A stretch of 63,683 nt of DNA, the filler included, from Chiloscyllium plagiosum (lineage: Eukaryota): NCBI RefSeq assembly GCF_004010195.1. It is 3 parts of one record of this genome, joined end to end, with 100 filler letters (N's around TTAATTAATTAA, not from the genome) between each part and the next. Parts side by side here need not be neighbours in the genome. Positions count along the whole stretch, not along the records: positions 1 to 27,678 come from NC_057716.1; 2 more parts are not named here. The stretch is one strand, 5' to 3'. The position numbers and the translations under genes are program-made. The notes beneath the pieces are model-generated. The model was not told the origin of the DNA, ran no database searches, and was given only the letters and a program-made list of their open reading frames with translations. Below are positions 12,169 through 24,285 of this stretch, in pieces (position 1 is the stretch's first letter; each line of letters starts with the position of its first letter).

Positions 12169-12830
12169 GAGAGAGAGAGTCCCTCTGTTTTCTCTTTTAA
12201 TTTCTTTCTTTGATTGAGTCTTTCTCTGTCTCTCTCTCTCTCTCTAGTGAGGTTTCCTTTCTATGTTTCTATTCAAGGGGAGAATCTCTCAACCTCTCTC
12301 TATTTTTCTGTTCTATTTTTCTGTTCAAGGAGAGGTTAACTCTCTCTCTGTTTCTTTATCTCTTTTTCTGTTTGTCTGATGGGTCTCTGTCTCTCTCTCT
12401 CTCTCTATCTGTTCCTGTATCTCTGTAAGCCGGCAGTCTTCCTCTATCTCTCGCTCTCTGTATCTCTCTGAGTGGAGGGTCTCTCTCTCTCTCTCTTTAT
12501 CTCTGTTTGTGGAGAATCACTGTGTCTGTGTCCCTCTGAGCGAGGGGTTTCTCTCTTCCCCCAATTCGTTTCTCACTGTAATTCTGTGCTTGAGATTTGA
12601 GTCTCTCCCCTCCCCCTCCCACCGTCCCCGTCCCCGTCCCTGTCCCAGTATCTTTATCGCTGTTTGTGTGGAGGGTCTCTATAACTCTGAGCAGAGGGCC
12701 CCTCTCTCTCTCTCTCTCTCTCCCCACTCTCTTTTTCTCTCTCTGTTTATGTGGTGGGTTCCTGATGGGTTTCTCACTCTAACTCTCTGTTTGAGATTTG
12801 AGTCTCTCTCTCTGATGGGAGGGTCAGTCT
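12169..12830. repeat. CT-rich low-complexity / (CT)n microsatellite region
   Basis: Multiple (tc)n runs. Confidence 0.8.
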
Positions 12831-13574
12831 CATTCTCTCACTGCACCAGAGATGAAGAGAAATGTCATAATGATCTGTATTTGATATTGAACAGTCTCTG
12901 AGTGACACGGACTGCTGTCTGCACCGAGAAAGCCCTGAAGCTCTCACTGAGGCAATGAGGAGAGTAGGCCCCTGTAATTTGAGGTTGAATGAGGAGCTGA
13001 TTAGTAGAAGGCTGGGCAATGCGATGAAAGGGGTGTGATCCAGAATTGGAACACAATGGCTCAGGCTTGTGATCATTGTGATTGAAGTGACTACCTTTGA
13101 CCAATTAAACCAGGTTCTGTGACAGAGTGGCCCTTGGGGATCACAAACTGGAAACCAGAGGAGACTGGTAATGCTGGGAAAGTGAGTGTAATCAGGACCT
13201 AAATAACCTGTTTGTTTATATAGACAAATAGACTTGGAGAAGGAGAGAGAATTGCTTTTGTGAAAGGGGGGATTCATCAAGTTAGGCTTGAAGATTCTGT
13301 TCTTGTCAGTTTCATTTAACATAGAGTTAGCCTTGATATTTCTGGTACAGATCACACAGCCTTTAGCTTTTAAAGCTAAGTAAATATAAAGCTCTCCTGT
13401 CTGTGTCCTTACTCACTGATCTATACTGACCTTTGATCTGCAATTGATCAGTTTTAAAATCTTTATCTTCCTTTTTGAGTCCCTCCATGACTTCCCTCTT
13501 CTGTTGTTTTTAAATGCCTCTCGAATTAAAACCCTCTGAGTATCTTTGCTCTTGTTCAGTGAATGGAGTGTACA

Positions 13575-13690
13575 GGGAGGAAGTGAGGGCTGCAGATGCT
13601 GGAGATAACAGCTGAGAGTGTGGTGCTGGAAAAGCGCAGCAGGTCAGGCAGCATCCGAGGAGCAGGAGAGTCGACGTTCTGGGCATAAGG
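13575..13690 (-). mobile_element. Penelope terminal fragment, truncated within the hammerhead
   Basis: gaagtgagggctgcagatgctggaga...gctggaaaagcgcagcaggtcaggcagcatccgagg...gtcgacgtt. Confidence 0.7.
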
Positions 13691-13899
13691 AGTGTAATGG
13701 GTTGAATTTGATGGCGTGATTTGCTCCTAAAATCATCATTAAAAAGTGATCCAATGCCATGGAATCCTCCTGTTTCCTGCAGCCAGGTGGCAAGATGAAG
13801 CCATGGTAGGATAACATTGAGCTGAGTGGGCATTGTACCTCAGTGGGTTTTGTAAATACTCTTTGGCAATGAGACCAGGAACTTAGAAAATTTTTTAGA

Positions 13900-14135
13900 A
13901 AGGTGGTAAGGAGAAATGTCTTCAGCCAGATCTATGGAATTCATTACCACAGAAGGCTGTGGAGGCCAGGTCATTGAGTATATTTACGACAGAGATAGAT
14001 GGGTTCTTGAGTATCAAGGGTTACAGGGAGAAAGCAGGAGAATGGGGTTGAGAAACCTATCAGCTATGATTGAATGGCAGAGCAGACTCAGTGGGCTGAA
14101 TGGCCTCATTTCTGCTCCTATGTCTTATGGTCTAA
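13900..14135 (+). mobile_element. CR1 3' end
   Basis: Homologous to 7320-7545. Confidence 0.75.
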
Positions 14136-14479
14136 CTGGTCATTCCTCACTCTCATTGCTCCACTACTTAGGGCTTTGCCTTTAATCATGTGGGCCCCAA
14201 ACTCTGAAATACTCTCCCTTACCCTCTCTCTCCCCCTTCTCTGAATATCTCACTTCCTTGAAAATGCTCCTAAAATCAGATTCTTTGAACCAGTTTTTTG
14301 ATCATCTCGCCTAGTACTTCCCTGGTCAAGTACCATGTGAGGTTAGCTGTTAAGTGCTACTGTATAGCACTTTGGGCTTCAGTAAAGGTTCTATATAAAT
14401 GCAGGTTTTTGATGTCTATCTAAGGTCTCAGCAATGGGACCAAAATGAGAGATTCCCATTCAGTAGCAGGTCTCCTGCA

Positions 14480-14645
14480 TCCCCCCACCCCATGGAGATA
14501 CACACACTGCCCCTCCCTCATTCCCCCCCATAGAGATACACACACTGCCCCTCCCTCATTCTCCCCATAGAGATACACACGCTGCCCCTCCCCCATCCCC
14601 CCATGGGGATACACACACTGCCCCTGCCCCATTCCCCACCCCCTC
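14480..14645 (+). repeat. About 36-bp minisatellite (ccccatagagatacacacactgcccctccctcatt) running into a gap
   Basis: Four visible units. Confidence 0.85.
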
Positions 14646-15842
14646 NNNNNNNNNNNNNNNNNNNNNNNNNNNNNNNNNNNNNNNNNNNNNNNNNNNNNNN
14701 NNNNNNNNNNNNNNNNNNNNNNNNNNNNNNNNNNNNNNNNNNNNNNNNNNNNNNNNNNNNNNNNNNNNNNNNNNNNNNNNNNNNNNNNNNNNNNNNNNNN
14801 NNNNNNNNNNNNNNNNNNNNNNNNNNNNNNNNNNNNNNNNNNNNNNNNNNNNNNNNNNNNNNNNNNNNNNNNNNNNNNNNNNNNNNNNNNNNNNNNNNNN
14901 NNNNNNNNNNNNNNNNNNNNNNNNNNNNNNNNNNNNNNNNNNNNNNNNNNNNNNNNNNNNNNNNNNNNNNNNNNNNNNNNNNNNNNNNNNNNNNNNNNNN
15001 NNNNNNNNNNNNNNNNNNNNNNNNNNNNNNNNNNNNNNNNNNNNNNNNNNNNNNNNNNNNNNNNNNNNNNNNNNNNNNNNNNNNNNNNNNNNNNNNNNNN
15101 NNNNNNNNNNNNNNNNNNNNNNNNNNNNNNNNNNNNNNNNNNNNNNNNNNNNNNNNNNNNNNNNNNNNNNNNNNNNNNNNNNNNNNNNNNNNNNNNNNNN
15201 NNNNNNNNNNNNNNNNNNNNNNNNNNNNNNNNNNNNNNNNNNNNNNNNNNNNNNNNNNNNNNNNNNNNNNNNNNNNNNNNNNNNNNNNNNNNNNNNNNNN
15301 NNNNNNNNNNNNNNNNNNNNNNNNNNNNNNNNNNNNNNNNNNNNNNNNNNNNNNNNNNNNNNNNNNNNNNNNNNNNNNNNNNNNNNNNNNNNNNNNNNNN
15401 NNNNNNNNNNNNNNNNNNNNNNNNNNNNNNNNNNNNNNNNNNNNNNNNNNNNNNNNNNNNNNNNNNNNNNNNNNNNNNNNNNNNNNNNNNNNNNNNNNNN
15501 NNNNNNNNNNNNNNNNNNNNNNNNNNNNNNNNNNNNNNNNNNNNNNNNNNNNNNNNNNNNNNNNNNNNNNNNNNNNNNNNNNNNNNNNNNNNNNNNNNNN
15601 NNNNNNACATAAACTGACTGGCCATCCCCCCATATTACCCCCCACTATGCCCACCCTCCACCTCTGACATGTCAGCCTGCAGTCTGGGTCTTTCTCACTA
15701 TTTCCAGGCTCCCTACAGTCAGACCCTGGTTATAGATGGGAACAGTGGGGATGTGGCCAGGGACTGTGTGCTGTTTAGGACAGATAGCCACACATTGTGA
15801 GGAGCAGAACAAGCCTGAAAAAAAACTGACAGAAAGATAAGT

Positions 15843-16085
15843 TATGTGTGTGTGTGTGTGTATGTGTGTGTGTGCGCGCCACGTGTGAGCCGTATGTGTG
15901 TGTGTGCGCACCGCGTGTGAGCGTATGTGTGTGTGCGCGCCACGTGTGAGCGTATGTGTGTGTGTGTGCACGTGTGAGTGTGTGGGCGTGTGTGACGGTG
16001 TATGCGTGTGTGCACGTGTGTGTACATATGAGGGTGTGTGTGTATGAGTGTGAGTGTGTGTGTATATGAGTGTAATGATGTGTGT
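15843..16085. repeat. (TG)n-rich tract with CG/CACGTG interruptions
   Basis: Alternating purine-pyrimidine sequence. Confidence 0.9.
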
Positions 16086-16425
16086 TGAGAGAGTTTGATT
16101 TATTGTTGTATGTGAAAGCGTGTTTCATATGGGGGGGGTGGGGAGATCGTGGTTGGCTTCCCCACCCTGTGCAGGAGCACCCCATGCCCTGTACCCTGTC
16201 ACCAAGAAACCCCAGGAGCACAAATTCCCAGACCGGAAGATCCTAGAGCAGTGCCTATTGACGACACATTAGCAACAGCTTGAACATTACTGAGCCAGTA
16301 AATCTGGGATGAGAATATCTTTCAATTGGATTTGTGCCCCAAGCGTCTGTTTTTTTCGCTGGAAATGTGGGGATGTTGGGATTGCAGGAATGACCTGTCT
16401 GCTTATGATGGAGCAGTTCTGAGGA

Positions 16426-16434
16426 ATGCTCTGG
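16426..16434 (+). CDS. Candidate TNS1 first coding exon end (ATG CTC TGG = MLW, then GTGACT donor)
   Basis: Phase-0 donor compatible with the 24650 exon, giving MLW-PEDHE. The human TNS1 long isoform reads ...CMLW|PEDLE (recalled). Lies in non-repeat sequence, but it is short and could be chance. Confidence 0.35.
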
Positions 16435-16943
16435 GTGACTGCACATCTGAGGAATTCAGGATTGGCTCACTGGGAGGGCAGGCTGTAAGGAAAACATGCC
16501 AGAAGTAGATTCCAGCTTAATCCTCAGGAAAGGAGGGACTGTTGGCTGGGACCGCAAATCAGGAACTCTGTCTTAGCAGGCAGTGCTTCCTTCTTCCATT
16601 CTGGAGTCAGAGTCAATCCCTGAAATGAGACAAATCCCTTACCCCATCCCAACCTGAGGGAGTGCCACACTGTCGGAGGGTTATTTCTGAGAGTGGTCCT
16701 AAGGGAAGAGTACTAAACTGGGCCAAAGCCAATTATATCAAAATTCAGCAGGAGCTGGGAAATGTGGATTGGACACAGCTATTTGAAGGGAAGTCGACAT
16801 TTGAGATGTGGGAGGCTTTCCAAGATATGTTGAAGATGGCACATGGAATACTGAGACATAGAGTATAAGAGCAGGAGGTGATGCTGGATCTGGATACAAT
16901 GTTGGTCAGGCCACAGCTCGAGTCTTGTGTGGGGTTCAGGAAC

Positions 16944-17033
16944 GGAAATGTGTTGCTGGAAAAGCGCAGCAGGTCAGGCAGCATCCAGGGAACAGGAGAA
17001 TCGACGTTTCGGGCATAAGCCCTTCTTCAGGAA
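16944..17033 (-). mobile_element. 90-bp Penelope-derived insert with a hammerhead motif and an exact 14-bp TSD
   Basis: TSD tggggttcaggaac at 16930-16943 and 17034-17047. Minus strand: ttc-CTGAAGA-a-gggc-ttat-gccc-GAAA-c-GTC-gattc. Confidence 0.8.
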
Positions 17034-19124
17034 TGGGGTTCAGGAACCCACATTGTAGGAGGGATGTGGTCGCACAGGAGAGGGGGCAGAGGGAGATTAA
17101 CCAGGATGTTGGGGAGTGATGGAGTTGATGGACAAGGGTTATTTTCCTTCAAGTGGGGGAGATGAAGGGGTGATATGATTGAGATGGATAACTCGAATCA
17201 AGCAGAGTCAGCAAGGCTTCAAGAAAGGGACCTGACAAAAGGTTAAATCAGAAGATCAGGGTCTGCAGTGCTGCAGGGAGTACGTTGGCATGGATAGAGA
17301 ATTGGCAAATTCTCTAAGGTCCTAAGGGAAGAGTACTAAACTGGGCCAAAATTAGGCAGGAGCTGGGAAATGTGGATTGGGGGCAGCTATTTAAAGGGAA
17401 GTCGACATTTGAGATGTGGGAGGCTTTCCAAGATATGTTGAAGACAGTGCAGGATAGGCATGTCCCATTGAAGGCAAAGGATAGGAAGGGCAAGATTCGT
17501 GAACCGTGGATGACAGGAGAAATTGTACAACTAGCCAAGAGGAAAAGGGAAGTGTACATAAGGTCCAGGCAGCTAAGAACAGAACGGGCCCTGGAGGAAT
17601 ATCGGGAGAGTAGGACCAGTCTTAAACGAGGAATCAAGCGGGCTAAAAGGGGTCATGAAATAACTTTACCGAGCATAATTAAGGAAAATCCCAAAGCATT
17701 TTATTCTTACATAAGAAGCAAGAGGGTAACTAGAGAAAGGATTGGTCCACTAAAGGATAACGAAGGAAGGCTGTGTGCCAAACCTGAGAGAATGGGTGAG
17801 ATTCTGAATGATTACTTTGCATCAGTGTTCACTGAACATGATGAATCTTGAGATTAGAGTTAGAGGTTTGATTAATCTGGATCACGTTGACATAAGTAGG
17901 GAAGATGTGTTGGGTTGGCTAGAGGTTAAGGTGGACAAATCCCCAGGACCGGATGGGATCTATCCCATGTTGCTGAGGGAGGCGAGAGGGGAAATAGCTG
18001 GGGCCCTGACAGATATCTTTGTGGCATCCTTAAATACANNNNNNNNNNNNNNNNNNNNNNNNNNNNNNNNNNNNNNNNNNNNNNNNNNNNNNNNNNNNNN
18101 NNNNNNNNNNNNNNNNNNNNNNNNNNNNNNNNNNNNNNNNNNNNNNNNNNNNNNNNNNNNNNNNNNNNNNNNNNNNNNNNNNNNNNNNNNNNNNNNNNNN
18201 NNNNNNNNNNNNNNNNNNNNNNNNNNNNNNNNNNNNNNNNNNNNNNNNNNNNNNNNNNNNNNNNNNNNNNNNNNNNNNNNNNNNNNNNNNNNNNNNNNNN
18301 NNNNNNNNNNNNNNNNNNNNNNNNNNNNNNNNNNNNNNNNNNNNNNNNNNNNNNNNNNNNNNNNNNNNNNNNNNNNNNNNNNNNNNNNNNNNNNNNNNNN
18401 NNNNNNNNNNNNNNNNNNNNNNNNNNNNNNNNNNNNNNNNNNNNNNNNNNNNNNNNNNNNNNNNNNNNNNNNNNNNNNNNNNNNNNNNNNNNNNNNNNNN
18501 NNNNNNNNNNNNNNNNNNNNNNNNNNNNNNNNNNNNNNNNNNNNNNNNNNNNNNNNNNNNNNNNNNNNNNNNNNNNNNNNNNNNNNNNNNNNNNNNNNNN
18601 NNNNNNNNNNNNNNNNNNNNNNNNNNNNNNNNNNNNNNNNNNNNNNNNNNNNNNNNNNNNNNNNNNNNNNNNNNNNNNNNNNNNNNNNNNNNNNNNNNNN
18701 NNNNNNNNNNNNNNNNNNNNNNNNNNNNNNNNNNNNNNNNNNNNNNNNNNNNNNNNNNNNNNNNNNNNNNNNNNNNNNNNNNNNNNNNNNNNNNCAGATG
18801 ACATGAAGATTGGTGGAGTAGCAGAAAGCATAAGGGACTGTCAGAGAATACAGGAGGATATAGATAGACTGGAGAGTTGGGCGGAAAAGTGGCAGATGGA
18901 GTTCAGTCCAGACAAATGTGAGGTGATACATTTTGGGAAGTCTAATTCTAGAGCGAATTATATTGTAAATGGAAGAGCCTTGGGAAAAGTTGATGAGCAG
19001 AGAGATCTGGGAGTGCAGGTCCATTGTACCCTGAAGGTTGCTGCACAGGTGGATAGAGTGGTCAAGAAGGCATATAGTATCCTTGTCTTCATTGGAAGGG
19101 GTATTGAGTATAACAGCTGGCAAG

Positions 19125-19299
19125 AGCTGAAAATGTGTTGCTGGAAAAGCGCAGCAGGTCAGGCAGCATCCAGGGAACAGGAGAATCGACGTTTCGGGCA
19201 TAAACCCTCCTGTTCCCTGGATGCTGCCTGACCTGCTGCGCTTTTCCAGCAACACATTTTCAGCTCTGATCTCTAGCATCTGCAGACCTCACTTTCTCC
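19125..19299. mobile_element. Fold-back Penelope-derived insert in CR1 with a 16-bp TSD
   Basis: TSD tataacagctggcaag (19109-19124) / tataagagctggcaag (19300-19315); about 60-bp inverted arms. Confidence 0.85.
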
Positions 19300-19882
19300 T
19301 ATAAGAGCTGGCAAGTCATGTTAAAATTGTACAAGACATTGGTTCAGCCGCACTTAGAATAATATGTACAGGATGTGGACACTTTGGAGAGGGTGCAGAG
19401 AAGGTTTACGAGGATGTTGCCTGGTATGGAAGGTGCTAGCTATGAAGAGAGGTTGAGTAGGTTAGGTTTATTTTCACTGGAAAAAAGGAGATTGAGGGGG
19501 AACCTGATTAAGGTTTACAAAATCATGAAGGGTATAGACAGGGTGGATAGAGACAAGCTTTTACCCAGGGTGAGGGATTCAATAACGAGAAGTCATGCTT
19601 TCAAGGTAAGAGGTGGAAAGTTTAAGGGGGATACACGCGGCAAGTACTTCACACAGTGGGTGGTGGGCGTTTGGAACGCGTTACCAGCAGAGGTGGTAGA
19701 GGCAGGCACGGTAGATTCATTTAAGATGTGTCTGGACAGATGCATGTGTAGGTGGGGAGCAGAGGGATACAGATGCTTAGGAATTGGCCGACAGGTTTCG
19801 ACAGTGGATTTGGATTGGCTCAGGCTTGGAGGGCCGAAGGGCTTGTTCCTGGGCTGTACATTTTCTTTGTTCTGTGTTCTTT

Positions 19883-20208
19883 GAGGGAGTGCCGCACTGT
19901 CAGAGGGTCAGTACTGAGGGAGTGCCGCACTGTCAGAGGGTCAGTACTGAGGGAGTGCCGCACTGTCAGAGGGTCAGTACTGAGGGAGTGCTGCACTGTC
20001 AGAGGGTCAGTACTGAGGGAGTGCCGGACTGTCAGAGGGTCAATACTGAGGGAGTCCTGCACTGTCAGAGGGTCAGTACTGAGGGAGTGCTGTTACTGTC
20101 AGAGGATCAGTACTGAAGATGTACTGCACTGTCAGAAGGTCAGTATTGAGGGAGTGCTGCACTGACAGAGGGTCAGTACTGAGGGAGTGCTGCACTGTCA
20201 GAGGGTCA
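19883..20208 (+). repeat. 33-bp minisatellite, same unit as 8372-9064, runs into a gap
   Basis: Direct tandem repeat. Confidence 0.95.
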
Positions 20209-20936
20209 NNNNNNNNNNNNNNNNNNNNNNNNNNNNNNNNNNNNNNNNNNNNNNNNNNNNNNNNNNNNNNNNNNNNNNNNNNNNNNNNNNNNNNNNNNNN
20301 NNNNNNNNNNNNNNNNNNNNNNNNNNNNNNNNNNNNNNNNNNNNNNNNNNNNNNNNNNNNNNNNNNNNNNNNNNNNNNNNNNNNNNNNNNNNNNNNNNNN
20401 NNNNNNNNNNNNNNNNNNNNNNNNNNNNNNNNNNNNNNNNNNNNNNNNNNNNNNNNNNNNNNNNNNNNNNNNNNNNNNNNNNNNNNNNNNNNNNNNNNNN
20501 NNNNNNNNNNNNNNNNNNNNNNNNNNNNNNNNNNNNNNNNNNNNNNNNNNNNNNNNNNNNNNNNNNNNNNNNNNNNNNNNNNNNNNNNNNNNNNNNNNNN
20601 NNNNNNNNNNNNNNNNNNNNNNNNNNNNNNNNNNNNNNNNNNNNNNNNNNNNNNNNNNNNNNNNNNNNNNNNNNNNNNNNNNNNNNNNNNNNNNNNNNNN
20701 NNNNNNNNNNNNNNNNNNNNNNNNNNNNNNNNNNNNNNNNNNNNNNNNNNNNNNNNNNNNNNNNNNNNNNNNNNNNNNNNNNNNNNNNNNNNNNNNNNNN
20801 NNNNNNNNNNNNNNNNNNNNNNNNNNNNNNNNNNNNNNNNNNNNNNNNNNNNNNNNNNNNNNNNNNNNNNNNNNNNNNNNNNNNNNNNNNNNNNNNNNNN
20901 NNNNNNNNNNNNNNNNNNNNNNNNNNNNNNNNNNNA

Positions 20937-21130
20937 GCTGCCAGGGGAAGTGGTGGAGACTGGTACAATTGCAACATTTAAAAGGCATCTGGATGGGTAT
21001 ATGAATAGGAAGGGTTTGGAGGATATGAGCCGGGTGCTGGCAGGTGGGACTAGATTGGGTTGGGATATCTGGTCGGCATGGACGGGTTGGACCGAAGGGT
21101 CTGTTTCCATGCTGTACACCTCTATGACTC
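20937..21130 (+). mobile_element. CR1 3' end
   Basis: LPGEVVETGTIATFKRHLDGYM plus tail. Confidence 0.85.
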
Positions 21131-21734
21131 TGCTGGCTTTGGGATTGGAATGATTTCGATGCTGTTTAATGTTGGCGATTGGTGTCTGACCTGAGGCACC
21201 ATCACACACGCTGTCTCCTTCCAACTCTCTCCCATTTCCTGACTCAGCCCTGCCTCAGGTTATCCACTGTGGAACCCCTCGTCCATCTATGTGACTGCAC
21301 TCGTCTGGCCCCTGTACCATCTTTGAAGCTGAATGCCATTCTGTCCACGTCCCATTCCCCTGCCAGCCCCTCTGCTCACTGACCTGCACTGGCTGCATTT
21401 AGAAATCCTCATCCTGGTTTGCAAATCCCTACCTCACCTCTTCCTTGTTCAGTTTATTAGTGAGCAGAGGTGGTGGGAATATCACTGGATTTAGTAATCC
21501 AGAACCCCAGAGGTGTGCATGCAGTTTTGAAACAAATGCAAAGATGATGAAGTTTGAATTTATTAAAATTTTCATTGAACAGCTGTAAAAACCCACCTGG
21601 GAAGGAAGGTGCCATCCTTACCTGGTCTGGCCTATATATGACTGCAGACCCACAGCAATGTGTGTGATACTGAACTACCGTCTGGGTAATTGAGGATTGG
21701 CAATAAATAATGGTCTAGCCAGTGTTACCCACAT

Positions 21735-22240
21735 CTGTGTAACAGGATTGAGGGGCTGAATGGCCTCCTCCTATTCCTGTGTAACAGCCTCAAGGGGCTG
21801 AGTGGCCTTCTTGTGTTCCTGTGTAATAGGTTTGAGGGGCTGAATGGCCTCCTCTTGTTCCTGTGTAACAGGTTTGAGGGGCTGAATGGCCTCCTCCTGT
21901 TCCTGTGTAACAGGTTTGAGGGGCTGAATGGCCTCCTCCTGTTTCTGTGTAACAGGATTGAGGGGCTGAATGGCCTCCTCCTATTCCTGTGTAACAGCCT
22001 CATGGGGCTGAGTGGCCTTCTTGTGTTCCTGTGTAATAGGTTTGAGGGGCTGAATGGCCTCCTCCTGTTCCTGTGTAACAGGTTTGAGGAGCTGAGTTCC
22101 TGTGTAATAGGCTTGAGGGGCTGAATGGCCTCCTCCTGTTCCTGTGTAACAGGTTTGAGGAGCTGAGTTCCTGTGTAATAGGTTTGAGGGGCTGAATGGC
22201 CTCCTCCTGTTCCTGTGTAACAGGTTTGAGGGGCTGAATG
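21735..22240 (+). repeat. 42-bp minisatellite (ctgtgtaacaggtttgaggggctgaatggcctcctcctgttc)n
   Basis: About 12 units including two shortened ones; 14-aa periodicity in the ORFs. Confidence 0.95.
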
Positions 22241-22524
22241 ATGTTGTGCTGTTGTTTTATTGTCATTATGCCAGGCCTGTGTGAGTCAGGAGCAGCCCAG
22301 GGTTTCTGTGTGAGTGAGAGCTGTTTGGTGAACAGGTTTCTATCATCAGCTTGTGTTTCACTGGAGAAAGCTGTAATCTGTGGGGGCCTGGGAATTGGAA
22401 TAATTGCACCATTTTACCACCTCCCCTTCCCCTCGGTGACCACCAAATAAACACTGGACCTTCGGAGGTTACCGACTGGCTCCGAGACACTGTGGCTGAG
22501 CCAGGGTTAGATTGAGGAGCTGAC

Positions 22525-22536
22525 ATGAGGAGTGAT
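22525..22536 (+). CDS. Candidate alternative TNS1 first coding exon end (ATG AGG AGT GAT = MRSD, then GTAAGT donor)
   Basis: gacATGA context with a purine at -3, consensus intronic GTAAGT, phase 0 matching the 24650 exon, in unique sequence 2.1 kb upstream. No homology support. Confidence 0.3.
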
Positions 22537-23399
22537 GTAAGTTTCTCCCAGAGACTGACAATGGCTGTGTGTTTAGACAGAGCTTAGATAGTCACCACTC
22601 AGTCAGGAATTGTAAACTACACACCTCATTCAGTCACAGCCATTCTATTATCTTTCCTGTCCTTTTTGATTTCTCTCCCTCTGACGGCCTTTATTTCACT
22701 CTCTTCCCCTTTCCCTTTCAGTATCTCTCTAATCTCTGTCCCTTGCTCTCTCTGTTTTCTCTCATTGTCTCTCTCTTTCCCTCTCGCTATCATTTCCTCA
22801 CTTGCTGTTTCACCCTCTCTCACTGACATCACTTTCAGGCTGACAAAGAATACTCCCTTTTCTAACGTGCAATAATATTTTTAAACCTCCTGTTTACTGG
22901 AGTGACATACCGGATGTGGGGAGTTAGTGAGTGTGTGGGATGAAGAGTTGTTGTTTAGGATGTGAGGATTAGACACTATGCTGATGTGCTGTACAGCCAG
23001 CAGGGCACAGATGCTGGTGTTTTGGTTGTGGGCCATTTATTTTCTCAATGAGTTGTAAGTCAAACTTCCCACTGCTTTCGAGGGATTTTCATCCTGTTTC
23101 CTTTTTATAGACACAGTGTGTTTCTGAAGAGTCTCTACTTGTCCCTTTTAACAAATATTGGAGAAGATTTTTGTCAGACTCGTTCTCTCTTTGTTCAGCC
23201 TGAGTGTTGTGCTGGGAGCAGCCTCTGGGCAGTGATCAGCTTCAGAGATACAGCTCGACCCACCAGCTTGATGCAGGATGTTGTACAGTCACTCAGAGTC
23301 TATGCTCTGCTCACAAGCTCCAGATCACACAGTGAGCTCCCACACAACGGGCGGGGGGGGAGGGCAATGACTAAGACACAGCAGCCTCCCGGTCAGCCC

Positions 23400-23601
23400 T
23401 GTACTGATTATGCCAAGGGCAGCCAGGTGGACCTCCCAGATTGGGGCTGTTAACCTGGTCCAATCAGGGAGCCCTGGCTGACAGATACAATCAGGAGGGT
23501 CAGGGGGTCTGTTCACTCAGAGCTGGCTCTGGGGGAGCTGGGTCACATGGAAATAAAGGGGGACCTGGTGACAGGATACCGGCCTCCGCAGAGTTATTCC
23601 A
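23400..23601 (+). mobile_element. Solo LTR-like repeat (TG...CA)
   Basis: Begins tgta, ends ttcca, contains CCAAT boxes and AATAAA near the 3' end; related copy at 2868-3116. No clean TSD. Confidence 0.55.
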
Positions 23602-24019
23602 CATCCCACATCCACTGGCCAACCAGTCCTACAGGGCCCTGGGGAGGGTGGGGCTGGGGTCAGGGTGTAATAACGCAAGGTTGTGGGGGCTGGGCAGGGG
23701 GGGGGGAAACAAAATGGATCAAGGGCACAGGGACCCAGGGTTGGTGGGGGGGGGTGGAATGGCATAGTCCCACAGAGCTCTGAGGTTTGGGGGAAGGGGC
23801 AAAGTCCCATAGGGCACCAGCAAGTAAACAGGGCAAGACCCACAAGGCCATGGGAGAGGGTGGGGAGGGATATGGTGGGGGTGCAGTGGTAAAGGGGCCC
23901 AATCCCATCGCGTACAGGCAGGGGGTCCCTGAACAATCTTGGAATGGTCCTATGAGCAGCATTAGACTGAGTGACAAACATCTCTGGGTTTCCTGACATT
24001 GGAGATCCATAATTCCACC

Positions 24020-24285
24020 AGGTGCTGCTTGATAGCTCTGTTACTGACCCCTTCCATCACTTTCCTGATGATCGAGAGGAGACTGATGGGGCGGGCATTG
24101 GCCGGGTTGGATCTGTCCTGCTTTTTCTGTACCGGACATACCTGGGCAATTTTCCACATTGTCGGGTAGATGCCGCTGTTGTAACTGGACTGGAACAGCT
24201 TGGCTCGGGGAGAGGCAAGTTCTGGAGCACACGTCTTCAGTACTATTGCTGGAATGTTGCCAAGGCCAGTGCAGTATCCAGTGCT
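24020..24285 (-). mobile_element. Second LINE family RT fragment
   Basis: MWKIAQVCPVQKKQDRSNPANARPISLLSIIRKVMEG. Confidence 0.85.

Larger units (their letters stand above)
16690..19882 (+). mobile_element. Composite CR1 LINE region: long ORF2 segment 17318-19882 (gap 18039-18794) plus upstream fragments and two Penelope inserts
   Basis: EPWMTGEI...KENPKAFYSYIRSKR...KSPGPDGIYP...KCEVIHFG...LERVQRRFTRMLPG; tail ggccgaagggcttgttcctgggctgtac...ttctgtgttct. Confidence 0.92.
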
